From assembly GCA_000004985.1 (NCBI GenBank), contig GG738929.1: DNA of 64,000 bases; one strand, written 5' to 3'. A program made the position numbers and the translations under genes. Source of the DNA: Naegleria gruberi. Lineage: Eukaryota. Positions 43,001-51,905 of this stretch are shown piece after piece. Every line of letters begins with the position of its first letter. Positions within the stretch are counted from its first letter, which is position 1. The notes beneath the pieces were generated by a model, which was not told the DNA's origin, made no database searches, and was given only the letters and a program-made list of their open reading frames with translations.

Positions 43001-46000
43001 AACAGTAACTCTCTTAATTTCGTTATATTGGAGAGATTCGCTGTGCTTCTTCAAAAGGTTAGTAAGGGATGGGAGAAGTTCAACATCATTTGGTGTTGGT
43101 CCGTGAGCTCTCAACAAAATCTTCAAAACATTAGTATTGTCAGCATCGTCGTTATTTTCAAAGATCTTCATAACATCTGGAAGGTGAGCATCAATATCAC
43201 TGACAGAATCAAAGATAGCCAAAACACCAAAACCAATGTTATCTTCAGTCTCTGAGAGACTGCTCAAACAGTCCATAGAAATAGAACCAACAATACCATC
43301 AGACTTTAATGAACCTGAAGTGGACTTTTCAGTATTCATAAAACTAAATTCAACAGTCTTGAACTTTGGTTGGGAGGTAACTCTTGAAATATCAATATCA
43401 AAAGTACAGTATGCCTTTCTGATGTAGACTTCAGCAGCCAAGTTAGCAATTCTTTCATCTGGATCAGAGAAGAATTCAAGAAGAATGTCGAAACTATAGT
43501 TAGACTTGACAATTAATTCCTTCAAACAAGCAAGCTTTTGTTGATTATCAACAGCTTCAAGTCCATCCTTAAAGTATCCTTCCATTTCATCCTTCATTCT
43601 TTGCTTAGAAGGCAATCTACTTGAGGTGAGGATGTGTTTAGCAGCAACAGCAACATCACTGAATTCTGGAGCAACAAATGAAGCCAATTCATCCAAAAGT
43701 GGAGTTGATTCCTTAACCATGTCGAGTTCTTCAATAATTTCTAAAAGAGAACGAATAACCTTATTCTTACTGCTAAGTCTAAAGTGGGAGAGACCAATTT
43801 GGTAAGTCTTGTTGAGGTTTTCAGAGTGTTTTTGTCTCAATTCAAACCAAACAGCTTCTCTTCTCTTACCACCAGTGGTATCAAAGATCTTTTCAGTTTG
43901 AATATATTCTTCAAGTAATTTGGCGAGAGTGGAGAAAGCATGTTGCTTGTATCCATTATTGAAGAGTTCCAAAAGTTCAAAAACTGGTTTGGCAGCGATG
44001 AGGAATTCTTCCTTCTTAGCTCCTTCAAGACCACTTTCAAAGTTCTTGAAAATAGAAGTAATTTCCTTAACTAAATCCTCATTGTAAACATCTTGGGTGT
44101 GATCATTATCATCCTTGCAACAATATTCGTCGTATTCAATCTTTCTCTTTTGCAAAAGGTTATTGACTTCTCTAACCAATGATACTGGTAAGAATTTTCT
44201 CAAAACTGAAAGCTTTTCAATCATTTCATGGATAATAACATTTCTATCACCGAGTTTTCTGAGTGACAACATGGTTTCTGAGAGTTTGTCATTGAAAATG
44301 AAAGCAGGATAATCATAACCAGCCAACAAGTTTTGAACAGTTTCCAAAGCAGAAGAAACAACTCTATTTGGAGGAAGTCTTGCATTAACCTTAGCAGCAG
44401 GAGGGAATTGGCCTTCGAATGGAAGTGATCTCTTAACTTGGGATTTATCATCAAGATCGATTATAGCAATGATATCTCCTTGGTTAACACCAGTACCATC
44501 AACAAGACAGTGATTAACTCTACCTGGAAGTGGAGCATAAACAGTGACAATCATCTTCATGACTTCCAATTCAGCAACTGGAGTATTTGGTTTAACATGA
44601 GCACCATTTTCAACCAAATACTTCATGAATTTACCACTCAATGTTGATCTCAATTGAGATGGATCGAATTCCTTAGTAAACATACAAACCTTACCGTCAA
44701 GTGTAAGTTTGAGGCCCGAAGGTTCTTCACTGGCATAAGAGACGTGTGATCCATTGTCAACAACAATGAGTAATCCAGAATCTCTCAATTCAGACAATTC
44801 AGCTTCTATTGTAGATCCATTCAAAGCCAAAGTATATTTGTTTGGTCCACTTCTAACTCCGTCAACTTGATATTTAATATTTTCATAAATAAGTTCAATA
44901 GAGTAGTGTACATCAACATTGTCAAATGAAGGAACCTGTCCTCTTTCAACAGCCAAAATCCAATTCTTGGCTCTCTCGGAAACCATTCTGTGGAGAGTAT
45001 GGACTGCACCACAAGTAACTACTAAAAGTGTATCAGGCTTTTCCAATTTAATTTTCTTTGAAATAAGATTATCCAACCATGATGTTGTATAATTGTTATT
45101 AACATAATCATCAAACTTCAAAAGTGATTGTAAATATTCAGCTGTTGTTCTGATTTCGCCTCTGATGGCTAATTCAGAAAGTGTTGAAAGCATAGTCTTT
45201 CTTGCTTCTTCTCTTGTTTCACCCTTTGTGAAAATGTGACCGAATTGAGAATCAGAGAAAGCGTGGATGGCACCTTGGGAACGAATTGAGAAATATCCCC
45301 AAACGTTTGGATTTGTTCTAAAGTTAAGTTCAACAACAGAACCACAAGTTGGTTGGAACCCACTTTCTGGATTTTCAGCTGTAACACGGCAAGCAATAAC
45401 GTGACCAACTGGAGGTTGTCTCCTAGCAGCATCGTTAACATCAATTTGTGGTTCAACAGTGTAGAGATCCTTCAATTGAACACCAAAGAATCTTCTAATA
45501 TCTGGAATACGATTTAATGATATTCCCATAGCAATTTGAAGTTGGATAGATGGAATATTGGTGAGTGTAATCCATTCTGTGACTGGATGTTCAACTTGCA
45601 ATCTAGGATTCAATTCCAAAAAGTAAACATGTTCAGTAGCAGGTTCATAAAGATATTCAACTGTACCAGCACCACTATAATTAACACTACGAGCAAGTGT
45701 GACAGCTGCAGCTTCCATTTTATCAATAACGTGCTTTGGAGCAACTGTAACTGGACCTTCTTCAATAATCTTTTGATGTCTTCTTTGAACGGAACAATCT
45801 CTTGAATATAATGCGAGAGCATTACCATGTTTATCAGCAACAACTTGAACTTCCAAGTGTCTACTTTCACTAGAGAGTTTCATCAAGAAAATAGGAGATC
45901 CCGGCACTTCATTTTTAACTTGTGAAAATCCCAATTTCAATTCAATATCATTTGCTACTTTACGAATACCTTTACCACCACCACCTTCAGAAGCTTTAAT

Positions 46001-46663
46001 CATTATTGGATATCCAATCTTATTTGCACATTTCAAAGCTTCTGATTCAGAAGTGATACAACACTTTAAATAAATGTCTTCAGGAATTGGTAAACCACTC
46101 TTTGTAATATCGTAGTGAACCTCGGAACCAGACCATGGAATACAAGGAACACCAGCTGCTTGAGCCAAAATTGTGGAAGAAATCTTGTCTCCCAAAGCTT
46201 CCATTGGTACACTGTCTGGACCAATAAAAGCAATTTGTCGTTTAGTTTGTGAAAGTGAAAATGGAAGTTCTGGATTTTCACTAGCGTGTCCCCAACCTGG
46301 CCAAACTGCATCACAACAAAATTGTTCAGCAATATCTACTATTAATTTAACATTGCTGTAATTGTTATAATTCGATTCACCTGGTACTTTGACTAATTCA
46401 TCAGCCAATCTAACATATTCGGCATTGGCTTGGATATCTTCAGGTGTAGCCATTACTACGAATTTAATTTCATCTGATTTACCAAAAACTTCATTACACC
46501 ATTTTCTCATTGAACGAATTCCTTTAACTGCGGCAATACCATTGTTTGCTATCAGTATCTTTTTGATTATCTTGTTGCCACCCATAAAACTAACATATTC
46601 TTCTACACTTGCGAAAATGCCATGATTAGATTGTGTAGGAATAACTGGACTATCTGTTTCCAT
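40007..46663 (-). CDS. ACC: Acetyl-CoA carboxylase, multidomain eukaryotic type (2218 aa, single exon)
   Basis: Biotin carboxylase (ATP-grasp, ...GYPIMIKASEGGGGKGIRKV...), biotin-carboxyl-carrier motif EVMKM, central domain and carboxyltransferase domain, all collinear with eukaryotic ACC1. Confidence 0.97.
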   Translation of the reverse strand: METDSPVIPTQSNHGIFASVEEYVSFMGGNKIIKKILIANNGIAAVKGIRSMRKWCNEVFGKSDEIKFVVMATPEDIQANAEYVRLADELVKVPGESNYNNYSNVKLIVDIAEQFCCDAVWPGWGHASENPELPFSLSQTKRQIAFIGPDSVPMEALGDKISSTILAQAAGVPCIPWSGSEVHYDITKSGLPIPEDIYLKCCITSESEALKCANKIGYPIMIKASEGGGGKGIRKVANDIELKLGFSQVKNEVPGSPIFLMKLSSESRHLEVQVVADKHGNALALYSRDCSVQRRHQKIIEEGPVTVAPKHVIDKMEAAAVTLARSVNYSGAGTVEYLYEPATEHVYFLELNPRLQVEHPVTEWITLTNIPSIQLQIAMGISLNRIPDIRRFFGVQLKDLYTVEPQIDVNDAARRQPPVGHVIACRVTAENPESGFQPTCGSVVELNFRTNPNVWGYFSIRSQGAIHAFSDSQFGHIFTKGETREEARKTMLSTLSELAIRGEIRTTAEYLQSLLKFDDYVNNNYTTSWLDNLISKKIKLEKPDTLLVVTCGAVHTLHRMVSERAKNWILAVERGQVPSFDNVDVHYSIELIYENIKYQVDGVRSGPNKYTLALNGSTIEAELSELRDSGLLIVVDNGSHVSYASEEPSGLKLTLDGKVCMFTKEFDPSQLRSTLSGKFMKYLVENGAHVKPNTPVAELEVMKMIVTVYAPLPGRVNHCLVDGTGVNQGDIIAIIDLDDKSQVKRSLPFEGQFPPAAKVNARLPPNRVVSSALETVQNLLAGYDYPAFIFNDKLSETMLSLRKLGDRNVIIHEMIEKLSVLRKFLPVSLVREVNNLLQKRKIEYDEYCCKDDNDHTQDVYNEDLVKEITSIFKNFESGLEGAKKEEFLIAAKPVFELLELFNNGYKQHAFSTLAKLLEEYIQTEKIFDTTGGKRREAVWFELRQKHSENLNKTYQIGLSHFRLSSKNKVIRSLLEIIEELDMVKESTPLLDELASFVAPEFSDVAVAAKHILTSSRLPSKQRMKDEMEGYFKDGLEAVDNQQKLACLKELIVKSNYSFDILLEFFSDPDERIANLAAEVYIRKAYCTFDIDISRVTSQPKFKTVEFSFMNTEKSTSGSLKSDGIVGSISMDCLSSLSETEDNIGFGVLAIFDSVSDIDAHLPDVMKIFENNDDADNTNVLKILLRAHGPTPNDVELLPSLTNLLKKHSESLQYNEIKRVTVVVEVQDKLPFYFTFRQRFNYDEDPMYRHIEPTLAFQLFLKKLSNYNITPYPCKDPSVHVFYGQKKKELGLNRYDFLNKRFFVRTLVLQGDIFTEENPEELQISELERYVVASINALEIAMADKNYPTSYANHIFVNFLPEVVVKADMVGEIIERFQKVYGKRLWKLRVSEVEVRFTAKFSRTSQPQTFRFIALDDTGYNLTLDVYREEKDQTTGRTVYKTVVGEKKPLEGLDVNIPHPILQAVDQKRVLAHNNDTSYVYDFPYLFERVVRSMWKEHNDLTKEDIPSTFISLTEYILDTTGKFLIENPVKNAIGKNTCGMVVWKVTLFTPEAKDGRDMILIANDITYQSGSFGVIEDEVFQLASEMARKLKIPRFYIAANSGARIGLADEVRELFKIEWNEPNDSTKGFKYLYLTPNDYEKLQKTNSVNAVEIEVNGEKRWKIIDIIGKENGIGVENLRGSGMIAGETSRAYEEVFTMNYIAARSVGIGAYVNRLGQRIIQNRKAPILLTGAGALNKVLSREVYTSNLQLGGIQIMNPNGVTHLIAKDDYLAIKDALKWLSYVPKSVGSALPILKTLDDPERQIQYLPVEGSHYDFREMLVGKTVEGENGESTWLSGFFDKNSFFETLTGWAKNIIVARARLGGIPMGVIAVDTKTYEQIIPADPADSNSRERVVQKSGQVWYPDSAFKTAQAINDFNKGEQLPLMIFANWRGFSGGQRDMFDEILKFGSYIVDALTNYKQPVFVYIPPNGELRGGAWVVVDPMINNDVMEMFADDKSKGGILEASGIVEIKYRKQEIVATIQRLDAEYINLAKELGRSDISLKEKDEIKVKMGKRVEKLIPIYTQVAECFADLHDTPGRMKAKGVITEIISWKTARTYFYWRLKRKILEFNLLKELSECVDAQSNKLSIKREILRQKVINNEQVWTNDREFLSWIEDNKETVTQAIATLRGEKVKQDILSLCSSGNLGSVCDGLLSFLENNSDAVGESLKEKLRKLL

Positions 46664-47514
46664 CCTTTATGTTGTTGTTGTTGTTATATTGATGAATTTT
46701 TAGATGATGACAATCAATACTAAAAGGTTATTTGATGATTGTGTGGGTGGAAAATTTGGGTGATTCAAAAATGCCGCAAAAAAGCAAGGCTTTGTTTTTT
46801 ACACCTCGTGTTATTTTTTTTGATTCTTCCTGAACGTTGCAGGCTTGTTTTTGGAAGGGAGCACAAGTGAGGGCTGTGTGTGAAAAGAGGTTAGCAGTTT
46901 AACAATGTTGCTACGGCTTCTTTTTGATACTTCGTTTTGCTCAACTTGTTTGGAATACAGGTGGTGAAATTCTCAGCCAACACACAAATAGAGGTGAATA
47001 GAAATTTTAACTTCATCTCTATATAATGGTAAGGAAATAGAAAGTGAATAGTACAATGAATAGAGTGAGGTGAGAGATTCAAAGCAATGCTCAATGGACT
47101 CCTTCTTAAAGTTCGCACCATGCACAATTTATTCGGACATGAAATCAGTGTCATCAATTCCATTAGCCTGTTGGACAACGGTTATTAACAAATTGGATTG
47201 TAACTCTTTAAGAATATGGGACGTTGGCTACTGAGGTTTACAATAACATTCTAAAAAACAAATTATTGGTGAGGAATCATTAAAGCGTATGATCATTTGT
47301 TATTAAATCTACTGAGGTGTTTTCTAGGTTCAATAATCAGAAGTTTCAAGAATCAAAAAAGAACGATCAAACTATCATTATTACATTAATTACTAGAGAT
47401 TACACACAAACTGCCCGGTGTAAATGATCCGAAATGGATCTTTTCCTTAACAAAGAAGAGTTATTTTACTCACAAGAACTTGTTCCTTTACAATTAATAA
47501 TTGAAATTCAATTT

Positions 47515-49248
47515 TTATCCATTGTAATCATCATCTTCATAGCTGTTTGATTTGTGTTTTGGAATAAAAACAAAATCGTCACCAGGCTTTGGAAGACCTG
47601 CAAGCTCTGTTAATGTGATCCAATCTTTGCCATTTGATGAGGCCATTAATGTTTCCAATTCATTTCTTCCTCTGTAGAGTGGTGGTCTTTCATTTAGTTT
47701 GATTGGCAAACGTTCCAAAAGTCCAACTGGTACATATCTACACAAGAATGAAAGCCATTCCAATAAAAATCTACGAGTCTTTGAAATACCAATCTCATCT
47801 GCACCATAATGGTCAAGTCCATATTTAACAAAGTTCTTTAACATCTCCAATCTTTCACTTGCTGAAATGTCAATAGTATGTTGTTGCTCGATTTCTCTAA
47901 ATAACCATGGTTTGATAAGGGCACCACGACCAATCATTAAGGAATCAACCTTATCAATATGTTCATACCAATCTTGATAATTATAAATATCACCATTACC
48001 AACCATATAAACTTTTCTATTTGCCTTTTCTGAGTAGGTTTGAACAACCTTGGAGCAATCATAAATGTATTGATAATCTGCTTCCTTTGTATATCTCATT
48101 TCTCTTGATCTTCCATGAAGAGTCAACCCATCAACACCACATTCACAAAGGTCTGCCATAAGTTTGTGAGCAAAGTTCTTTCCAGTCTTGCTACCAGTTC
48201 TCATTTTAACAGTAATAGGAATTGAAAGAATTTCCTTCATTCCTCTAACAATACCAACAAGTTTTGTTCTCTTTTCCATCATACCAGCACCCATACCAGA
48301 AGAGCAAAGAGTATTAACTGGACATCCACAATTAACATCTACAAAATCAATATGAGGGAATTGTTCATCAATAAGTTGTGCAACTCTTGTCATGGTAGCA
48401 GCATCCTTGCCAGCCAATTGAACTCCAAAGATTTTTTCAGATTCATGTCTTCTCAATAATGAAATATCTCCTCTTTCTCCTTTCAAAATAGAATGACTGA
48501 GGGCCATTTCACCAATTGTAATATCACATCCATAATCTTTACAAATACGTCTGAATGGTAAATTACCAACAGTTGTCAAAGGAGCAAGATATGTTTTTCT
48601 TGTAAAATCCACTTTCTTGATCTCACTTGGGTGATATTTAGTTTCCTTATAAGTTAAAATGTCATATTTTTCTTCCTCTGGAACGAGTTCTCCTCTTTCA
48701 ATCATTTTTTGTCTAACTATTTGTTGTTGTCTTTGTCTGAATAAAGCTTCCTCACTCTTTGATCGTTCTTGAGCTTCCTTTTTACCATATTCTTCGACAT
48801 GTTTTGTTACTTCCTCAGCCTTTTCAAAATTGTAAGTCTTCTTTCTCAATTGTTTAATTACATCAAATTCAACAAAATTGAATTCTCCTTGAGGTCTAGC
48901 AATATGTGTATTTTCATCCGCATTATTTGAATCTGCATTCTTTTCCTTCTTCTCCTTTTTCATTGCATCCCTGGTTCTATTGTGGAAACTCTTGGCTTTT
49001 TTAGAATTCTTATTGTCACCTTCATGTTTTCTTTTCTTTTCCGAATCATTATTTTCAGTTGATGATGGAATATCATCAGATTTTGGCTTTTCCATAATAA
49101 TATATTCAAGTTTTACTGGTGCTTCTCCCTTTCTTCTAACATATTCTTGTTGTATACTATTATTATCCGATGATGATTCAACGGTTGTTGATGAAGGTTG
49201 TTGTTCAGTTGTATTTTCAACTGGTGTTGCTTCTTGTTGTTCAGACAT
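47515..49248 (-). CDS. DUS3: tRNA-dihydrouridine synthase, Dus3-like (577 aa)
   Basis: TIM-barrel Dus motifs LAPLTTVGNLPFRRICKDYGCDITIGEMA...VDVNCGCP and Dus3-type C-terminus NERPPLYRGRNELETLMASSNGKDWITLTELAGLPKP...FIPKHKSNSYE; N-terminal region is Lys/Glu-rich without obvious CCCH fingers. Confidence 0.85.
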   Translation of the reverse strand: MSEQQEATPVENTTEQQPSSTTVESSSDNNSIQQEYVRRKGEAPVKLEYIIMEKPKSDDIPSSTENNDSEKKRKHEGDNKNSKKAKSFHNRTRDAMKKEKKEKNADSNNADENTHIARPQGEFNFVEFDVIKQLRKKTYNFEKAEEVTKHVEEYGKKEAQERSKSEEALFRQRQQQIVRQKMIERGELVPEEEKYDILTYKETKYHPSEIKKVDFTRKTYLAPLTTVGNLPFRRICKDYGCDITIGEMALSHSILKGERGDISLLRRHESEKIFGVQLAGKDAATMTRVAQLIDEQFPHIDFVDVNCGCPVNTLCSSGMGAGMMEKRTKLVGIVRGMKEILSIPITVKMRTGSKTGKNFAHKLMADLCECGVDGLTLHGRSREMRYTKEADYQYIYDCSKVVQTYSEKANRKVYMVGNGDIYNYQDWYEHIDKVDSLMIGRGALIKPWLFREIEQQHTIDISASERLEMLKNFVKYGLDHYGADEIGISKTRRFLLEWLSFLCRYVPVGLLERLPIKLNERPPLYRGRNELETLMASSNGKDWITLTELAGLPKPGDDFVFIPKHKSNSYEDDDYNG

Positions 49249-49642
49249 TTTTTAAATCAATTAAAAATTGCAACAAGAATTTCCAACATGCATACACGAT
49301 GAGCTGGCAGTGGCAAATAGGAAACATCAAGTAATAATGATATCATTTAATATTTCAGTATAACAATTAGTGGACAATAATTGCACTACAAGAAATTGAA
49401 TGTAATTATTAAATCCAAAAATCCGAAATTAAAAAATCTTCTGCGAGCATATTTTGGCAGCACCATAATTAATTAACAATCCATACATCCAACGAGAATC
49501 TAAAATTCTTTCATATTAATTGAATCCGAAAACTAGATTAATTTTCCCATCACAAAGCCTCTCCTGAGTTGCAATAATAAATCAACACTGGCAGGAGGCA
49601 AACAACGTTGTAAACGCAATTAAAAATGACAAATTATAAAAA

Positions 49643-50560
49643 ATGTTGAGAAGAGCTGCCACCATCGCTTCCAAGTCATTCCAAACAACTTCCTTCACCA
49701 AGCAAAATATTGCTGCTGGTTTCTTTACACAACAAAATCAAATCAGAAACTATGCTCCTGCTCAAGTTCAAGTTGAAAAGGGTACCGTTGCTGTTATTTT
49801 GAGTGGTTGTGGTTATCTTGATGGTAGCGAAATTACCGAAGCTGTTAGTGTTATGGTTCACTTGTCAAAGAAGGGATACAAGCTTGCTTTCTTCGCTCCA
49901 GATATTAACCAAGAAGAAACTTATGATCACTTGACAAAGAATGTTGAAAAGAATGAAGTTAGAAACATTCGTACTGAAGCTTCTAGAATCACCAGACAAA
50001 ACGTCCTCAGATTGGACCAATTCAGACCACAAGCTTTCGAAGCTCTCATCATTCCAGGAGGTTTTGGTGTTGCTAAGAATTTGAGCAATTATGCCGAAAA
50101 TCCAACCAACTTCAAGATTCATCCAGAAGTTGAAAAGGCTATCGTCTCAACTCATGAAGCCAAGATCCCAATCGGTATGTGTTGCATTGCTCCAGTTTTG
50201 GCTGCTAAGGCTATTCCACAATGTTCTATTACTTTGGGTGATTCTGATCCATCTGTCACTGAACATGCTAAGTCATATGGTGCTAACTGTGTTCCAAAGT
50301 CAACTTCTCAAGTTGTTGTTGACAAGGATAACAAGTTGGTCACTACTCCAGCTTATATGGGTAAGAACCCAACTGCTTTTGAAGTCTTTGATGGTATTGG
50401 TTCTATGGTTGATTCCGTTATTGAATTGACCGGATCAAAGAGTGATGAAGATGGTGAAATCGATTTTGGTGTTTTGGAAGAAATTGCTGCCAAGAAGATT
50501 GGTATGGATAAATTCACTAAAATGAAGGAACAATTTTACGGAAAGCCACTCTCAAAGTAA
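49643..50560 (+). CDS. ES1/GATD3-like protein (DJ-1/PfpI class I glutamine-amidotransferase-like fold) with N-terminal mitochondrial-type presequence (305 aa)
   Basis: MLRRAATIASKSFQTT presequence; core GTVAVILSGCGYLDGSEITEAVSVMVHLSKKGYKLAFFAPDI...ALIIPGGFGVAKNL...PIGMCCIAP matches ES1/ElbB family. Confidence 0.8.
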   Translation: MLRRAATIASKSFQTTSFTKQNIAAGFFTQQNQIRNYAPAQVQVEKGTVAVILSGCGYLDGSEITEAVSVMVHLSKKGYKLAFFAPDINQEETYDHLTKNVEKNEVRNIRTEASRITRQNVLRLDQFRPQAFEALIIPGGFGVAKNLSNYAENPTNFKIHPEVEKAIVSTHEAKIPIGMCCIAPVLAAKAIPQCSITLGDSDPSVTEHAKSYGANCVPKSTSQVVVDKDNKLVTTPAYMGKNPTAFEVFDGIGSMVDSVIELTGSKSDEDGEIDFGVLEEIAAKKIGMDKFTKMKEQFYGKPLSK

Positions 50561-50697
50561 ATTATTTCGGAATATAATTTATAAACAGGGCAATTACAAT
50601 TTTAAAATTCATAATTAATATTTAATTTTATTGTTTTTTGTATTATTATTTGCCGCCTTTTTGTTGTATTTTTAAAACAGAAAAAACTACAAAAAAA

Positions 50698-51810
50698 ATG
50701 GCAGAAGATCTTGAAAAGTTACCAAATGGTAGAATTACAAATGATTACCTCAGAAAGTTGTGTAAAAGCAAGGGTGGATACATGACCGAACACTTAAATG
50801 ATAAACTCTACCTACAACATAAGGGTGTGTCAAAAATTGAAAATTTGGAAAAGTTTACCGGAGTGAAGGTTCTTTGGTTGGAATCCAATGCTATTCATGA
50901 AATTCAAGGATTGGAGGAAAATAAGGAAATCTCTTGTTTATATCTTCATGAAAATTGTATTGAGGAAATTAAAGGAATTTTCCATTGCACAAAGCTTCAT
51001 ACACTGAATTTGTCTTCAAACTTTATTACACATATTCCGGAAGAGTTGGGACTGAACTGTACAAATATTCAAACATTGGATTTGAGCACAAATGCATTGA
51101 AAACAATTGATTCTGTGAGAGGTCTTCGTTATTTAACATCATTGAACATTTTAGATCTGAGTAAAAACAAATTGTTTGAGGAGTTGACCAATGGAATGGA
51201 CTATGAGCAAACAATTGAGGAATTTTTAACTATTCTCAAATCAATCAAGGATTTAAGATTATTGAGACTGGAGGGAAATGAAATGCTTAAGAAGATTCCT
51301 AATTATAGAAAGAAGATCATTGGAAGTTTACCAAGTTTGACCTATCTGGATAGTATGCCAATTTTTGATGATGAAAGAAGAACAGTGACTGCTTGGATGA
51401 AAGGAGGCCTTGATGCTGAAAGAGAGGAACGAAAGATAATGGCTCAAGAAAAGAAAGATAAAGAGAGAAGAAATTTTGAAGCATTTGAACAATTAATCCA
51501 ACAATCAAAGAAGGAAGAAAAGGAGAAGGAATCAAAAATTGAGAGGGAACAAGTCGAAAAGAAGGTTGAAGAACAAAAAGAAGAGGAGGAATTAGAAATA
51601 ATTGAAGATGTTCCTATCCGACACATGTCATGCCAGATTGAAGAGTTAGTTCTTGAGGATATCACAAACGAGGAAGACACACAAGAAACAAAACAAGATT
51701 TAATTTCGAGCCCTCAAAATTTGGCAACCCAAGAGGTCTCTAAGGCTCAAGAAATAGTGGTGAACATGTCTGAAGAGACTGTTGGTGACAGCTTATTTGA
51801 TATTGAGTAA
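50698..51810 (+). CDS. DNAAF1-like: Leucine-rich-repeat protein resembling axonemal dynein assembly factor DNAAF1/LRRC50 (370 aa from first ATG)
   Basis: MAEDLEKLPNGRITNDYLRKLCKSKGGYMTEHLNDKLYLQHKGVSKIENLEKFTGVKVLWLESNAIHEIQGLEE... parallels DNAAF1 N-terminus (YLRELCK...[37 protein letters not shown]); six SDS22-like LRRs then acidic coiled-coil tail; track start 50638 is TTG. Confidence 0.65.
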   Translation: MAEDLEKLPNGRITNDYLRKLCKSKGGYMTEHLNDKLYLQHKGVSKIENLEKFTGVKVLWLESNAIHEIQGLEENKEISCLYLHENCIEEIKGIFHCTKLHTLNLSSNFITHIPEELGLNCTNIQTLDLSTNALKTIDSVRGLRYLTSLNILDLSKNKLFEELTNGMDYEQTIEEFLTILKSIKDLRLLRLEGNEMLKKIPNYRKKIIGSLPSLTYLDSMPIFDDERRTVTAWMKGGLDAEREERKIMAQEKKDKERRNFEAFEQLIQQSKKEEKEKESKIEREQVEKKVEEQKEEEELEIIEDVPIRHMSCQIEELVLEDITNEEDTQETKQDLISSPQNLATQEVSKAQEIVVNMSEETVGDSLFDIE

Positions 51811-51905
51811 ACATTGTAAATAAATTATTTATTCGCTCATTGTTTTTAAAATTCTTTCCATCTTTAAGAGTTCTGCTTTTTCCAATTTCTTTTAAAGGTT
51901 TAAAT

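Noticed and set aside
40595-46625. Numerous 60-180 aa ORFs in the track antisense to, or out of frame within, the acetyl-CoA carboxylase gene (e.g. 40595-41137, 41375-41824, 42173-42589)
   Set aside because: They lie entirely inside a 6.6-kb conserved coding region on the opposite strand or in another frame, have low-complexity translations and no homology. They are statistical ORFs in AT-rich DNA.
46664-47514. Relatively GC-richer intergenic stretch between ACC and Dus3, considered as a possible snRNA or other ncRNA gene
   Set aside because: No match to conserved U1/U2/U4/U5/U6 core motifs (e.g. ACTTACCTG, GATACAGAGAAG) that I could recognise; it is more likely the promoter and 5'UTR of ACC.
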